DNA of 46,505 nucleotides from the NCBI GenBank assembly GCA_965651545.1, contig CBFGSY010000001.1:1-46505 (forward strand), given 5' to 3'. Shown in pieces: positions 24,461-35,533 of this stretch. Below the pieces are notes generated by a model. It was not told where the DNA came from. It did no database searches and saw only the letters and a list, made by a program, of their open reading frames with translations. This stretch comes from an uncultured bacterium (GTDB lineage Bacteria; Chloroflexota; Limnocylindria; QHBO01). A program made the position numbers and the translations under genes. Within the stretch, counting starts at the first letter, position 1, and the number at the start of each line of letters is the position of its first letter.

Positions 24461-25474
24461 TCATGCCACTGCCTGCACGCGCGCGGCGACCGCATCGGCG
24501 AATTCGCGCGTTCCCGCTCTGCCGCCGAGGTCGTAGGTGACCGTCATCCCCTCGGCGACGACCGAGCGCACCGCGGACTCGACGCGGTCGGCGGCAGCGG
24601 TCTCGCCGAGGTGGCGGAGCATCAGCGCAGCCGACAGGATCAGGGCCGTGGGGTTGGCCTTGTCCTGTCCGGCGTACTTGGGCGCGGAGCCATGGACCGG
24701 CTCGAAGACCGCTGCACGGTCGCCGATATTGGCGCCCGGGGCGACGCCCAGGCCGCCGACCAGGCCGGCGGCAAGGTCGCTGACGATGTCGCCGTACAGG
24801 TTCGGCAGCACCAGCACGTCATAGAGCTCCGGCTTCTGGACCAGCTGCATGCACATGTTGTCGACGATGCGGTCCTCGAATGCCACCCGTCCCTCGTAGT
24901 CGGCCGCGACCTGCTGGCAGCTCTCCAGGAAGAGGCCGTCGGACAGCTTCATGATGTTCGCCTTGTGCACGGCCGTGACCTTGCGCCGCGCGTTGCGCAC
25001 CGCGTACTCGAACGCGAAGCGCGCGACCCGTTGCGATGCAGCGCGGGTGATGACCTTGATGCTCTCCGCCGCATCGGCGCCGACGCGGTGCTCGATGCCG
25101 GCGTACAGGTCCTCGGTGTTCTCGCGGACGATGATCAGGTCGACCGACTCGTAGCGCGACTCGACACCCGGCATCGTCCGCGCCGGGCGCACGTTGGCGT
25201 ACAGCTCGAGCGCCTGCCGCAGGCCGACATTGACGGAGCGGAAGCCGGCGCCGACCGGCGTCGTGATCGGTCCCTTGATGGCCACCTCGTTGCGCCGGAT
25301 GCTGTCGATGACCCGGTCCGGCAGCGGCGTGCCCTCGCTGGCGATGGTTGCCTCACCCGCCGACTGACGGTCCCAATCGAACTCGATGCCGGTCGCCGCC
25401 AGGACGTGGACTGTGGCGTCGGCGAGCTCCGGCCCGATCCCGTCGCCGGGGATCAGGGTGACTGCGTAACTCAT
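24461..25474 (-). CDS. icd: isocitrate dehydrogenase, NAD-dependent type (isocitrate/isopropylmalate dehydrogenase family)
   Basis: [43 protein letters not shown] and [15 protein letters not shown], in a 337-aa protein. TCA gene context supports isocitrate as the substrate. Confidence 0.8.
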   Translation of the reverse strand: MSYAVTLIPGDGIGPELADATVHVLAATGIEFDWDRQSAGEATIASEGTPLPDRVIDSIRRNEVAIKGPITTPVGAGFRSVNVGLRQALELYANVRPARTMPGVESRYESVDLIIVRENTEDLYAGIEHRVGADAAESIKVITRAASQRVARFAFEYAVRNARRKVTAVHKANIMKLSDGLFLESCQQVAADYEGRVAFEDRIVDNMCMQLVQKPELYDVLVLPNLYGDIVSDLAAGLVGGLGVAPGANIGDRAAVFEPVHGSAPKYAGQDKANPTALILSAALMLRHLGETAAADRVESAVRSVVAEGMTVTYDLGGRAGTREFADAVAARVQAVA

Positions 25475-25697
25475 CTCGTGCTGGCTCCGCTACGCGCCGG
25501 TCAAAGCGCCGGCCGTGCGGCGGTCAGTGTAGGCAGGAGGGAGCCGTCATGGCGCTCCAGCACCGCCCGATGGCCGTGCATCCCCCCACAGGATTCGGGC
25601 CGCATTGTGCCGCAAGGCGTGCCCTCGTAAGGGAGCGCCGCCAACCGGACGGCTACAATCGGCGGCCCGAGCTGAGCCGCAAAGGAGCGATGCCGGC

Positions 25698-26834
25698 TTG
25701 AAGCTTCAGGAGTACCGGTCCAAGGAGATCCTCGCCCGGCACGGCGTGCCGCTGCTGGCCGGTGAGACGGCTACCACCCCCGAAGAGGCGCGCGCCGCGG
25801 CGGGGCGTATCGGTGGGCCGGTGGTGGTCAAGGCCCAGGTGCTGGTCGGCGGCCGCGGCAAGGCCGGCGGCGTGAAGCTGGCGGCCACGCCGGAGGAGGC
25901 GGAGCAGCGGGCGCGCGAGATCATCGGCCTGGACATCAAGGGCGTCACCGTGCAGACCGTGCTGGTCGCGCCGGCGGCCGATATCGCCTCCGAGTTCTAC
26001 CTCGGCCTGATCCTGGACCGCGCCGCCAAGGCGGTGACCGTCATCGCCAGCGCGGAGGGCGGGGTGGAGATCGAACAGACGGCCCGGGTCAACCCGGATG
26101 CCATCCTCCGCCTGCCGTTGGACCCGCTGCTGGGCCTGCAGGAGCACAACGTGCGGCGGGTCAGCTTCTTCCTTGGCCTGCCGCCGGAGCTGCGCAAGGA
26201 CTTCGCGTCGATCCTGCGCGGGCTGTACGACGCCTTCATGGCAGCCGATGCCGACCTGGCCGAGATCAACCCACTGGTCATCACCGAGGGCGGTGAGCTG
26301 CTGGCGCTCGACGCCAAGATCGTGCTCGACGACTCGGCGCTCTTCCGCCACCCGGCCGTGGCGGCGATGCGCGACCTGAATGAAGAGGAGCCGTCGGAGA
26401 TCGCCGCCCGGGAAGCCGGCATCAATTTCATCAAGCTCGACGGCACCATCGGCTGCATGGTCAATGGGGCAGGGCTGGCCATGACGACCATGGACCTCGT
26501 CAAGCTGGCGGGGGGAGAGCCTGCCAACTTCCTGGATATCGGTGGCGGCGCCAAGGCGGATCGGGTCGCAGCGGCGTTCCGCATCATCCTCAACGATCCA
26601 GCCGTGAGGGCCATCCTGGTCAACATCTTCGGCGGGATCACGCGGGGCGACGAGGTGGCGCGAGGGATCGTGGAGGCGCGTGCCCGGCAGGAGCGCGAGG
26701 TGCCGATGGTGGTCCGCATCGTCGGCACCAACGCGGCGGAGGCGGCCGATCTCCTGCGACAGGCGAACCTGATCACCGCCGACAGCCTGGACGAGGCGGC
26801 GGCCAAGGCGGTCGCCGCGGCCGGGCAGGCATGA
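25698..26834 (+). CDS. sucC: succinate--CoA ligase (ADP-forming) subunit beta
   Basis: Within track ORF 25605..26834. TTG at 25698 with AAAGGAG 10 nt upstream. [39 protein letters not shown]-grasp N-terminus. Confidence 0.95.
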   Translation: MKLQEYRSKEILARHGVPLLAGETATTPEEARAAAGRIGGPVVVKAQVLVGGRGKAGGVKLAATPEEAEQRAREIIGLDIKGVTVQTVLVAPAADIASEFYLGLILDRAAKAVTVIASAEGGVEIEQTARVNPDAILRLPLDPLLGLQEHNVRRVSFFLGLPPELRKDFASILRGLYDAFMAADADLAEINPLVITEGGELLALDAKIVLDDSALFRHPAVAAMRDLNEEEPSEIAAREAGINFIKLDGTIGCMVNGAGLAMTTMDLVKLAGGEPANFLDIGGGAKADRVAAAFRIILNDPAVRAILVNIFGGITRGDEVARGIVEARARQEREVPMVVRIVGTNAAEAADLLRQANLITADSLDEAAAKAVAAAGQA

Positions 26835-27709
26835 GCATCCTGGTCGGCAGCCAGACACGCCTGCTGGTGCAGGGCATCACCGGCCGCGAGGGCGAGTTCC
26901 ACTCGGGCGCGATGCTCGACTACGGCACGCCGATCGTGGCCGGCGTCACGCCCGGCAAGGGCGGCCAGTCGGCGCTGGACGGCCGGGTGCGGGTCTACGA
27001 CACCGTTGCCGATGCGGTGCGCGAGACCGATGCCAACGCGGCCTGCATCTTCGTACCGGCGCCGTTCGCGCCCGATGCGATGCTCGAGGCCGCCGATGCC
27101 GGCGTGCCACTGGTGGTCTGCATCACCGAGGGAATCCCCGCGCTCGACATGCTGCGCGTCTACCACGCGCTCAAGTCGCGAGGGGTTCGGTTGATCGGCC
27201 CGAACTGCCCGGGAGCGACGACGCCGGGCGAGGCGAAGGTAGGCATCATCCCCGGCTCCATTCACCGGCCGGGACCGGTTGGCCTGGTCAGCCGCTCCGG
27301 CACGCTCACTTACGAGGTCGTGCAGGCCATGACCGATGCCGGCATCGGGCAGTCCACCTGCGTGGGCATCGGAGGTGACCCGATCGTGGGAACCAGCTTC
27401 ATCGACGTGCTCGACATGTTCAACCGCGACCGGGCCACCGAGGCGATCGTGATGATCGGCGAGATCGGCGGCGAGGACGAGGAGCGAGCGGCCGCCTTCG
27501 TCAAGGCGGAGGTGCGCAAGCCGATGGCGGCCTTCATCGCGGGCCGGACGGCGCCACCGGGCCGTCGCATGGGGCACGCAGGAGCGATCATCGCCGCCGG
27601 CGCCGGCACCGCTCAGTCGAAGCGCGAGGCGCTCGAGGCGGCAGGCGTCCGGGTGGCCGACTCGCCGTCGCAGATTCCGGCGCTGCTGCGCGAGGCGGGG
27701 GTCGGCTAG
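26831..27709 (+). CDS. sucD: succinate--CoA ligase subunit alpha
   Basis: [19 protein letters not shown] and GHAGAII (phosphohistidine loop). ATGA overlap with sucC. Confidence 0.95.
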   Translation: MSILVGSQTRLLVQGITGREGEFHSGAMLDYGTPIVAGVTPGKGGQSALDGRVRVYDTVADAVRETDANAACIFVPAPFAPDAMLEAADAGVPLVVCITEGIPALDMLRVYHALKSRGVRLIGPNCPGATTPGEAKVGIIPGSIHRPGPVGLVSRSGTLTYEVVQAMTDAGIGQSTCVGIGGDPIVGTSFIDVLDMFNRDRATEAIVMIGEIGGEDEERAAAFVKAEVRKPMAAFIAGRTAPPGRRMGHAGAIIAAGAGTAQSKREALEAAGVRVADSPSQIPALLREAGVG

Positions 27710-27769
27710 GAATCCACCCGACCCCGCTTCCGCGTATGGAGTTCTGGTAACCCAGACACCAGGAGGCCG

Positions 27770-28279
27770 ATGATGTCCACCCGGCGATCCCTCGCCATTC
27801 CATTCCTCGTCCTGCTCGCGGCCTGCACCGCGGCGGGGTCGAGCCTTACGCCGGGGGCGGCGACGCCATCAACGGAGGCTTCCGCTTCGATGGAGCACAG
27901 CATGGAGGCTTCCGCGTCGGCAGCGGCCATGGGGACCGAGATCCAGGCAGAGGATTCCGACCTCGGCAAGATCCTCGTCGACGGGGAGGGCAAGACCATC
28001 TACTTCTTCGCCAACGACGAGAAGGGCGTCAGCAACTGCACGGGCGACTGCCTGGCAATCTGGTCGCCGGTGACAACTGAGGGGGCACCGGAGGCCGGGG
28101 ATGGCGTGTCGGCGAAGCTTGGGACGATCCCGCGCGCCGGAGGATCGCCACAGCTCACCGTCAACGGCTTCCCGGCGTACTACTACGCCGAGGACAGCGC
28201 CCCGGGCGACACGAAGGGCCAGGGCGTGGGTGGAATCTGGTTCGTGTTCGGGGCGGACGGCAAGCCGATCAGGGACTGA
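27770..28279 (+). CDS. secreted lipoprotein with COG4315-type repeats (Lipoprotein_15-like)
   Basis: Lipobox LLAAC after a signal peptide, AGGAGG Shine-Dalgarno. GKTIYFFANDEKGVSNCTGDCLAIWSP and FPAYYYAEDSAPGDTKGQG repeat motifs. Confidence 0.7.
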   Translation: MMSTRRSLAIPFLVLLAACTAAGSSLTPGAATPSTEASASMEHSMEASASAAAMGTEIQAEDSDLGKILVDGEGKTIYFFANDEKGVSNCTGDCLAIWSPVTTEGAPEAGDGVSAKLGTIPRAGGSPQLTVNGFPAYYYAEDSAPGDTKGQGVGGIWFVFGADGKPIRD

Positions 28280-28895
28280 CCGATCCCTTGCCAAAGGCGG
28301 CGCTCTCGCCGTTCTGCTCGCGCCACTCGTCGGCCAGGATCGCCATGAGCAGGGAGTCCTCGAGCCCGTTCGGACCACGCCACGAGCGGCGCATGAGCCC
28401 CTCCCGCTTGAAGCCGAGCTTCTCGTAGGAGCGGATGGCCCGAGCGTTCGAGGCGTAGACGGTGAGCCAGATCCGCTGCAGCCCCATCGTGTTGAAGGCG
28501 AATCTCAGGAGGACCCGCTGCGCATCGGTCCCCCAGCCGGAGCCGATGTGCTCGCGATCCATGAACACCGCGAGCTCCGCGTTCGCATGATGCATGTTCA
28601 CGTCCTTGAGCCAGACGGTGCCGATGAACCGGTCGTCGCCGAGCTCGCAGACGGCGAAGAAGTAGCCGGTGCCCTTTCCCATCCGCTCCTGGATGTCGTC
28701 GAGCCAGTGCCCGCTCATCTCGAGGCCGAACGGGAAGCTGTAGCCGGCGTGGCCACCGACCTCGGTGTCGTTGACGCCAGCGACGTAGGCCGCCAGGTCG
28801 CGGTGCTCGAGCGGCCGCAACCAGACGCGATCCCCGCGCAGCAGCGGGCGATCCGGGATCGGCGGCCGGTCGGCGGTGGTGGCGTCGTCGGTCAT
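28269..28895 (-). CDS. GNAT family N-acetyltransferase (RimJ/RimL-like)
   Basis: Lower 208 codons of track ORF 28269..29567. ATG 28895 overlaps the epimerase stop (ATGA). LRPLEHRDLAAY...GSGWGTDAQRVLLRFAFNTMGLQRIWLTVYASNARAIRSYEKLGF acetyl-CoA binding core. Confidence 0.8.
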   Translation of the reverse strand: MTDDATTADRPPIPDRPLLRGDRVWLRPLEHRDLAAYVAGVNDTEVGGHAGYSFPFGLEMSGHWLDDIQERMGKGTGYFFAVCELGDDRFIGTVWLKDVNMHHANAELAVFMDREHIGSGWGTDAQRVLLRFAFNTMGLQRIWLTVYASNARAIRSYEKLGFKREGLMRRSWRGPNGLEDSLLMAILADEWREQNGESAAFGKGSVSP

Positions 28896-29323
28896 GGACG
28901 TCCCTCGGGCTCCGGCTGCTCGACCAGCTCCCACAGCACGCCGTTCAGCGTACGGGGATGGATGAAGGCTACCCGCCCGTGCGCCCCGTCGCGCGGCTCC
29001 TGGTCGATCAGCTCCGCCTCCGCGGTTGCCAGGCCGGCGAGGTCTCCGGGCAGGTCGCTGCTCGCCAGGCAGACGTGATGCACTCCCTCGCCGCGGTCCC
29101 CCAGGAAGCGTGCCACGCCGCCCGTCGGATCTCGCGGCTCGACCAGCTCGATCCGGGGTCCGCCGTTCGCGCTTGCCGACAGGAAGCAGAGGCGCACGCC
29201 CTGTGCCGGGAAGTCGAACGGCTCGCCGTCGGCGCGCCAGCCGAAAAGGCGCTCGTAGCGGGGCAGCGAATCGTCGATCGAGCGCACGACCACCGCGACG
29301 TGGTGGATGGAGCCGATGGTCAC
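28892..29323 (-). CDS. mce: methylmalonyl-CoA epimerase (VOC fold)
   Basis: [38 protein letters not shown] pattern. Coupled to the mutase gene (ATGA). Confidence 0.85.
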   Translation of the reverse strand: MTIGSIHHVAVVVRSIDDSLPRYERLFGWRADGEPFDFPAQGVRLCFLSASANGGPRIELVEPRDPTGGVARFLGDRGEGVHHVCLASSDLPGDLAGLATAEAELIDQEPRDGAHGRVAFIHPRTLNGVLWELVEQPEPEGRP

Positions 29324-30918
29324 GGCCGGTGCTCGCCCCAGACGCCTCGCAGCGCGTCGCTGATCTCTCCAAGCGTGACGTGCGCCTCGACGCAGGCGAG
29401 GATGCGCGGCAGCACGTTCTCAGTGCCCCGGGCCGCGCCCTCCAGAGAGGCGAGGGCGGCCGCCGCGACTTCGGGGTCCCGCCCCTCCCTGACCTCGTGC
29501 GTGCGCTCCACCTGGCGCCGCTCGGCCTCCGCGTCGATGGCCTGCGGCGCAGGGCGCAGCTCGTCACCCTCGTCGGCGTAGGCGTTGACGCCCACGATCA
29601 CCGAGCTGCCGTCCTCCACCGCACGCTGGAACTCGTAGGCCGCCTGCGCGATCTCGCCCTGCTGGTATGACTCCGCCAGCGCGGCCAGGGTACCGCCACG
29701 CCGGTCGATCTCCGCCAGCTCTGCGTGGACGCTCTCCTCCAGGGCGTCGGTGAGCGACTCGACGTAATACGAGCCGCCCAGCGGGTCGACGGGAGCGCTC
29801 ATGCCGGACTCGTGAGCCAACACTTGTTGAGTTCGGAGCGCCAGCCGCGCCGTCTCGGGCGTCGGCAGTCCCAGCGCTTCGTCCAGCGCGTTGGTGTGCA
29901 AGGACTGCGCCCCGCCGAGGATCGCCGACAGCGCCTGGACGGTGGTCCGCACCACGTTCGTGTCCGGCTGCTGGGCGGTCAGGGTTGAGCCGCCCGTCTG
30001 GACATGGAAGCGCATGGCCTGGCTCACTCGGCTGCCGGCCCCGAAGCGGTCGCGGGCCACCCTCGCCCAGGCACGCCTGGCAGCCCGGAACTTGGCGACC
30101 TCCTCGAACAGGTCGTTGTGGGCGGCGAAGAAGAAAGAGAGGCGCGGGGCAAACTCCTCGAACGCCAGGCCGGCAGCCAGGGCCGCCTCCGCGTACGCGA
30201 TCGCATTGGCGATGGTGAACGCCACCTCCTGCGCGGCCGTCGACCCGGCCTCTCGCATGTGGTAGCCGCTGATGCTGATCGTGTTCCAGGCCGGCAGCTC
30301 GGCGTGACAGTAGGCGAAGGTATCGGTCACCAGCCGCATGGAGGGCTCCGGCGGGAAGATGTAGGTGCCGCGGGCGATGTACTCCTTCAGGATGTCGTTC
30401 TGGATGGTGCCCCTCAGGGTGGAGGCATCGGTCCCCTGCCGCCGCGCCACCGCCTGGTAGAGGGCCAGCAGGATGGCGGCGGTGGCGTTGATCGTCATGC
30501 TGGTGCTGACCTGACCCAGGTCGACGTCCCGCAGCAGGATCTCCATATCCTCGATCGTGTCGATCGGCACGCCAACCCGTCCCACCTCGCCGGCGGCCAT
30601 GGGGGCGTCGCTGTCGTAGCCCATCTGGGTCGGCAGGTCGAAAGCGACCGAGAGGCCGGTCTGGCCGTGCTGCAGGAGATAGTGGAAACGGCGGTTCGTC
30701 TCCTCGGCGGAGCCGAAGCCGGCGTACTGGCGCATGGTCCACAGCCGGCCCCGGTAGCCGGTCGCATGGATGCCCCGCGTGAATGGGTAGGAGCCCGGCT
30801 CGCCCAGCTGGGTCGCGGGATCGAAATCGGCCAGGTCGGCGGGGCCATAGACCGCTTCGATCTCGATGCCCGAGGTGGACCGATGGGCTGGCGCGGGCTT
30901 CGAATCGGCCTGGCTCAC
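29320..30918 (-). CDS. methylmalonyl-CoA mutase, catalytic (N-terminal) subunit without a B12-binding domain
   Basis: [61 protein letters not shown] and later mutase motifs. 532 aa ends before any DxHxxG B12 domain. Confidence 0.9.
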   Translation of the reverse strand: MSQADSKPAPAHRSTSGIEIEAVYGPADLADFDPATQLGEPGSYPFTRGIHATGYRGRLWTMRQYAGFGSAEETNRRFHYLLQHGQTGLSVAFDLPTQMGYDSDAPMAAGEVGRVGVPIDTIEDMEILLRDVDLGQVSTSMTINATAAILLALYQAVARRQGTDASTLRGTIQNDILKEYIARGTYIFPPEPSMRLVTDTFAYCHAELPAWNTISISGYHMREAGSTAAQEVAFTIANAIAYAEAALAAGLAFEEFAPRLSFFFAAHNDLFEEVAKFRAARRAWARVARDRFGAGSRVSQAMRFHVQTGGSTLTAQQPDTNVVRTTVQALSAILGGAQSLHTNALDEALGLPTPETARLALRTQQVLAHESGMSAPVDPLGGSYYVESLTDALEESVHAELAEIDRRGGTLAALAESYQQGEIAQAAYEFQRAVEDGSSVIVGVNAYADEGDELRPAPQAIDAEAERRQVERTHEVREGRDPEVAAAALASLEGAARGTENVLPRILACVEAHVTLGEISDALRGVWGEHRP

Positions 30919-30925
30919 GCGGCCG

Positions 30926-30931
30926 ATTGTA
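30926..30931 (-). promoter_or_regulatory. -10-like TACAAT 7 nt upstream of the mutase GTG (possible internal leaderless promoter)
   Basis: Minus strand TACAAT-cggccgc-GTG, inside the 37-nt gap after the BCCP gene. Confidence 0.35.
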
Positions 30932-30955
30932 CCGGCGCGCCCTGTCCCAACCCCC

Positions 30956-31420
30956 TCAGTCGAGGCGCAGCAGGAGCACCCCGGCGGCGACCGCCGCCCC
31001 CGCGTCGACGGCTAACTGACCAACCGTCCCTGCCCGCGGGGCGCGCACCTCGTTCTGCATCTTCATGGCCTCGATGGTGACCAGTGCGTCGCCGGCCTGC
31101 ACCTCGGTGCCGACCGCGACCTTGACCGCGACCACCAGGCCCGGCAGGGTCGCGCGGATCTCGACCGGGCCGGCAGCCGAGCCTGCCGCCCGACGTGCGT
31201 CGGCCAGCATCCGCTCGCGCCAGCTCTCGACCGTCACCTCAATCCGCCGGCCGGCCAGGGTGACGAACCACGTGCTGCCGCCGCCCTCGACGTGGATGGT
31301 GACGCTCCGCTGGCCGTCGCTCAGGCGGGCGAGGCCGCGCTCGCGGTCAAGCCAGTCCAGCTGCCAGCCGACGGCGGGGGCGACTTCCTCCCCGTCCAGG
31401 CGAGCCTGCAGCCCGCTCAC
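30956..31420 (-). CDS. biotin carboxyl carrier protein (biotinyl/lipoyl domain)
   Basis: Within track ORF 30956..31585. GTG 31420 overlaps the biotin carboxylase stop (GTGA). C-terminal [25 protein letters not shown] biotinylation motif. Confidence 0.8.
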   Translation of the reverse strand: MSGLQARLDGEEVAPAVGWQLDWLDRERGLARLSDGQRSVTIHVEGGGSTWFVTLAGRRIEVTVESWRERMLADARRAAGSAAGPVEIRATLPGLVVAVKVAVGTEVQAGDALVTIEAMKMQNEVRAPRAGTVGQLAVDAGAAVAAGVLLLRLD

Positions 31421-32937
31421 CGGCGCAGCGCCTCGCGGCGTGCCTGGCGCGACCAGTCGGTGTCGCTGTCCGGCGCCTGTGCCACCTGCGCCGCCGGGCC
31501 GCCGTCGCCGGCGCGACGTGCCTCTGTGGCGGCCAGTGCGGCCAGTGCGGCGTCTGCCTTCTGGATCGGAGGTCCCTCGGCCCATCGCTCGCTGATCAGC
31601 CCGGTGTGGTAGTCGCCGGAGACGAACTCGGGTTGGTCGACCAGCCAGCGGTGGAAGCCCAGGTCGGTCTGCAGGCCGCCGATCACCGTCTCGTCGAGCG
31701 CCCGGCGCAGCCGGCTGACGGCCGCCGCCCGATCATCGGCGTGCACCATCAGCTTGGCCAGCAGCGGGTCATATTCCGTGGCCAGCGGCTCCCCCTCGAC
31801 GATGGCATGGTCGATCCTGACCCCGGGCCCGTCTGCGGGCCGCCAGCAGGTGACGACGCCGGCCAGGGGCGCAAAGCCATCGTACGGGTCCTCCGCGTAG
31901 ATCCGTGCCTCGATGGCATGGCCGCGAGGGGCTGCCTCGAGCACCGATCGGTCCAGCGTGGCCCCACCGGCAACCAGGATCTGCCAGGCGACGAGGTCGA
32001 GCCCCGTCACCAGCTCCGTCACCCCGTGCTCGACTTGCAGGCGGGTGTTCATCTCCAGGTAGTAGTGGTTGCCGTCCGGGTCCAGCAGGAACTCAACGGT
32101 GGCGGCGTTGTGGAACTCCACCGTGCCGGCCACCCTGCGGGCGCTGTCGAACAGGGCCTCCCGGATGGCTGGCGTGACTGCGGGAGAGGGGGCCTCCTCG
32201 ATCAGCTTCTGGTGCCGGCGCTGGACGCTGCAGTCGCGCTCGCCGAGGCAGGTCAGGTTCCCGGCGCGGTCCCCGAGCAGCTGCACCTCCACGTGTCGGG
32301 CCGGTGCGATCAGCCGCTCCAGGTAGAGCGTGCCATCGCCGAAGGCGGCGGCCGCCTCCCGCCGCGCGGCCGCAACCGCGGCCGGCAGCGCCCCGGCGTC
32401 CTCGACCAGGCGCATCCCTCGTCCGCCCCCACCGGCGGCGGCCTTGACCATGGCCGGGAAGCCGATCTCGCCCGGCGCCGACACGCCTTCGTCCAGCGCC
32501 ACCATCAGGCCGGGGACGACCGGCACGCCGGCCGTCGTGGCCGCCTGTCGCGCCGCCAGCTTGTTGCCGAGCGTCTCCTGCACACTGGGCGGAGGCCCGA
32601 TCCAGATGAGGCCGGCATCCTCGACGGCGCGGCTGAACTGAGCCGTCTCCGAGAGAAAGCCATAGCCCGGATGGACCGCGTCACTGCCGGATCGGCGGGC
32701 GGCCTGCAGGATGGCCTCGATGTTCAGATAGGACTCGGCAGCCGGTGGTGGCCCGATGTGAACGGCGGTGTCGGCCGCCGCCACGTGCGGCGCCAGCCGA
32801 TCGGCATCCGAGTAGACAGCGACACTCTCGATTCCCAGCTCGCGGCAGGCGCGGATGATGCGCACCGCGATCTCGCCGCGGTTGGCGACCAGCAGCCGAC
32901 GAATCGGGCCCGCCCGCGGCTGACTGTCTTTGCGCAC
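31417..32937 (-). CDS. accC: acyl-CoA carboxylase biotin carboxylase subunit
   Basis: RRLLVANRGEIAVRIIRACRELGI, ATP-grasp body, EMNTRLQVEHGVTE. No fused biotinyl domain. Confidence 0.9.
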   Translation of the reverse strand: MRKDSQPRAGPIRRLLVANRGEIAVRIIRACRELGIESVAVYSDADRLAPHVAAADTAVHIGPPPAAESYLNIEAILQAARRSGSDAVHPGYGFLSETAQFSRAVEDAGLIWIGPPPSVQETLGNKLAARQAATTAGVPVVPGLMVALDEGVSAPGEIGFPAMVKAAAGGGGRGMRLVEDAGALPAAVAAARREAAAAFGDGTLYLERLIAPARHVEVQLLGDRAGNLTCLGERDCSVQRRHQKLIEEAPSPAVTPAIREALFDSARRVAGTVEFHNAATVEFLLDPDGNHYYLEMNTRLQVEHGVTELVTGLDLVAWQILVAGGATLDRSVLEAAPRGHAIEARIYAEDPYDGFAPLAGVVTCWRPADGPGVRIDHAIVEGEPLATEYDPLLAKLMVHADDRAAAVSRLRRALDETVIGGLQTDLGFHRWLVDQPEFVSGDYHTGLISERWAEGPPIQKADAALAALAATEARRAGDGGPAAQVAQAPDSDTDWSRQARREALRR

Positions 32938-32949
32938 GGACAGTCGGAT

Positions 32950-34500
32950 CTAGAGGGGGATGTTGCCGTGCTTCTTCGGCGGCAGCGCCTGCCGCTTGCC
33001 GGCGAGCAGCGAAAACCCATCCGCCACCCGGGCGCGCGTCTCGGAGGGAAGGATCACCTCGTCGACGTAGCCGCGCGCCGCGGCCAGGTACGGGTTGGCG
33101 AGGCGCTCCTGGTAATCCGCCACCAGCCGCTCGCGCTCCGCGTCCGGGTCATCGGCATCGGCCAGGCGATCCCGGAAGATGATGTTCACCGCTCCTTCGA
33201 CACCCATGACCGCAATCTCTGCAGTCGGCCACGCGAAGTTCAGGTCGCCGCGCACGTGCTTGCTGCTCATGACGTCGTATGCCCCGCCGTAAGCCTTGCG
33301 CGTGATGATCGTCACCTTTGGCACGGTCGCCTCGCAGTAGGCATACAGCAGCTTCGCCCCGTGGCGAATGATGCCGCGGTGCTCCTGGTCCACGCCCGGC
33401 AGGAAGCCCGGCACGTCCACCAGCGTCAAGAGGGGAATGTTGAAGCAGTCACAGAAGCGGACGAAGCGCGCGGCCTTGTCACTCGAGTCGATGTCCAGCA
33501 CGCCGGCCAGCACCTCGGGCTGCTGTGCGACGACGCCAATGCTGCGACCCTCGACCCTGGCGAAGCCGCAGATGATGTTGCGGGCGAAGCCGGCCGACAC
33601 CTCGGTGAACGACTGACCGTCGACCAGCCCCTCGATCACCTGGTGCATGTCGTAGGCCTGCTGCGCAGAGTCCGGGATCAGTGAGTCGAGCTCCGCGCCA
33701 TCGCGCGCGGGCTCATCCCACGACGTGGCGCGCGGCGGCGCATCGACGTTGTTCGACGGCCAGTAGCCAACCAGCGTGCGCGCCAGCTCCAGCGCCTGCG
33801 GTTCGCCCGCCGCCAGGAACTGCGCGACGCCGCTCGTCTCGTTGTGCACCCGCGCGCCGCCCAGGCCCTCGAAGTCGATCTCCTCGTGGGTTACCGTCTT
33901 CACCACGTTCGGCCCGGTGACGAACATGTAACTGCTGCCGTCGACCATGATCGTGAAGTCGGTGATCGCCGGCGAATAGACGGCCCCACCGGCGCACGGG
34001 CCGAGCACCAGTGACAGCTGCGGGATGACGCCGGAGACCATCGTGTTGCGCAGGAAGATATCGGCGTAGCCGCCGAGTGATACGACGCCCTCCTGGATGC
34101 GCGCGCCGCCGGAGTCCGAGAGGCCGATGATCGGGGCGCCGTTCTCCAGCGCCAGGTCCATGACCTTGACGATCTTCTCGGCATGCGCCTCCGACAGCGA
34201 ACCGCCAAAGACGGTGAAGTCCTGCGCGTAGACGAAGACGGTGCGCCCGTCGATGCGCCCATGCCCGGTCACCACGCCGTCGCCCAGGTACTGCTCCTGG
34301 TCGATCCCGAAGTCTGTGGCGCGATGCGTAACGAACGCGTCCAGCTCGGTGAAGCTGTCCTCGTCCAGCAGCAGCTCCAGCCGCTCGCGCGCCGTCAGCT
34401 TGCCGCGGGAATGCTGCTGCTCGATGCGATGTTCCCCGCCGCCCAGCATTGCTTCGGCGCGCAGCTCCTGCAGACGCGCCAGCTTGTCGGCCGTCGACAA
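32950..34500 (-). CDS. pccB: propionyl-CoA carboxylase beta chain / methylmalonyl-CoA carboxyltransferase
   Basis: [50 protein letters not shown] and AYGGAYDVM motifs. 516 aa. Confidence 0.9.
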   Translation of the reverse strand: MSTADKLARLQELRAEAMLGGGEHRIEQQHSRGKLTARERLELLLDEDSFTELDAFVTHRATDFGIDQEQYLGDGVVTGHGRIDGRTVFVYAQDFTVFGGSLSEAHAEKIVKVMDLALENGAPIIGLSDSGGARIQEGVVSLGGYADIFLRNTMVSGVIPQLSLVLGPCAGGAVYSPAITDFTIMVDGSSYMFVTGPNVVKTVTHEEIDFEGLGGARVHNETSGVAQFLAAGEPQALELARTLVGYWPSNNVDAPPRATSWDEPARDGAELDSLIPDSAQQAYDMHQVIEGLVDGQSFTEVSAGFARNIICGFARVEGRSIGVVAQQPEVLAGVLDIDSSDKAARFVRFCDCFNIPLLTLVDVPGFLPGVDQEHRGIIRHGAKLLYAYCEATVPKVTIITRKAYGGAYDVMSSKHVRGDLNFAWPTAEIAVMGVEGAVNIIFRDRLADADDPDAERERLVADYQERLANPYLAAARGYVDEVILPSETRARVADGFSLLAGKRQALPPKKHGNIPL

Positions 34501-34517
34501 GGAATGTCCTCCGCGTG

Positions 34518-34593
34518 TGGTGGGCCCAGCAGGGATCGAACCTGCGACCAGCCGGTTATGAGCCGGATGCTCTAACCACTGAGCTATGGGCCC
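34518..34593 (-). tRNA. tRNA with anticodon CAT (elongator Met or lysidine-modified Ile2), CCA encoded
   Basis: Minus strand GGGCCCATAGCTCAGTGGTTAGAGCATCCGGCTCATAACCGGCTGGTCGCAGGTTCGATCCCTGCTGGGCCCACCA folds as a cloverleaf. The G1:C72 pair excludes initiator tRNA. The D-arm and variable-loop sequence resembles E. coli ileX more than metT. Confidence 0.9.
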
Positions 34594-34660
34594 GGTTGAT
34601 GGTGGACAACTTCGAGTATAGAGGCTCGTCTTTGCACAAAGACATCGACATCGCCGGCCT

Positions 34661-34669
34661 TTGTGGATA
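34661..34669. promoter_or_regulatory. perfect DnaA box (TGTGGATAA = complement of TTATCCACA)
   Basis: Exact 9/9 match in the low-GC spacer between tRNA(CAT) and parA. A 7/9 box, GGTGGACAA, lies at 34601..34609. Confidence 0.4.
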
Positions 34670-34765
34670 ACCCCGGTGACCGGTCCGGAAGGCCGCGGCT
34701 ATGATCGGAACGGGTCGCAACCCGCGACGTCCGCCCTCCCACCTTGACACACGAAGGGTGATGCG

Positions 34766-35533
34766 TTGACCAAAGTGATCTCCATCGCGAACCAGAAGGG
34801 CGGCGTCGGCAAGACGACCACCTCCATCAACCTGGGCGGCGCGCTGGCGGAGCTCGGCTATCGGGTCCTCTGCGTTGACATGGATCCGCAGGCGAACCTC
34901 ACGGTCGGGCTGGGCATATCGCTCTCCGACGTGCGCCTCTCGATGGCGGACGTCCTGTCCGAGGAGCGCCTCGCGTTCGACGAAATCGTCCGTGCCACCG
35001 ATATGCTCGGGCTCTCAGTGGCGCCGGCGACACTGGAGCTGGCATCAACCGAGGTGGAGCTGTTCACCGCCATCGGACGCGAGATGGTGCTGCGCGACGC
35101 GTTGGCGGGATGGACCGAGCGCCAGTTCGACGTGATCATCATCGACTGCCCACCGACCCTCGGCCTGCTCACCATCAACTCCCTGGTGGCCAGCAGCCGG
35201 GTGATCATTCCGGTCCAGACGCAGTATTACGCCATTAAGGGCCTGACGGCGCTGATCAAGGTGATCAACACCATCAAGCTCAAGCTGAACCACGACCTGG
35301 AGATTCTCGGCCTGCTGGCGACCTTCTTCGACGGGCGGACGGTGCTGGCCCGCGAGATGCTCGCCAACCTGCGCGAGCTCGGGGACCATCGGGTCTTCAA
35401 CACCATGATCAAGAACACGGTGAAGCTGGGGGAGGCGCCGCTCACCGGCAAGCCGGTCACGGAGTACGCAACCAACTCCGCGGCGGCCCGAGCATTCCGT
35501 GAGCTGGCCCGCGAGGTGATCGAACTTGGCTAA
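34766..35533 (+). CDS. parA: chromosome partitioning ATPase ParA/Soj
   Basis: TTG start. ISIANQKGGVGKTTTSINLG deviant Walker A, VDMDPQANLT, IIDCPPTLG. Confidence 0.9.
   Translation: MTKVISIANQKGGVGKTTTSINLGGALAELGYRVLCVDMDPQANLTVGLGISLSDVRLSMADVLSEERLAFDEIVRATDMLGLSVAPATLELASTEVELFTAIGREMVLRDALAGWTERQFDVIIIDCPPTLGLLTINSLVASSRVIIPVQTQYYAIKGLTALIKVINTIKLKLNHDLEILGLLATFFDGRTVLAREMLANLRELGDHRVFNTMIKNTVKLGEAPLTGKPVTEYATNSAAARAFRELAREVIELG

Noticed and set aside
34594-34765. Calling this spacer oriC.
   Set aside because: There is only one perfect and one degenerate DnaA box, no evident AT-rich unwinding element, and no dnaA/dnaN nearby. This is insufficient for an origin call.
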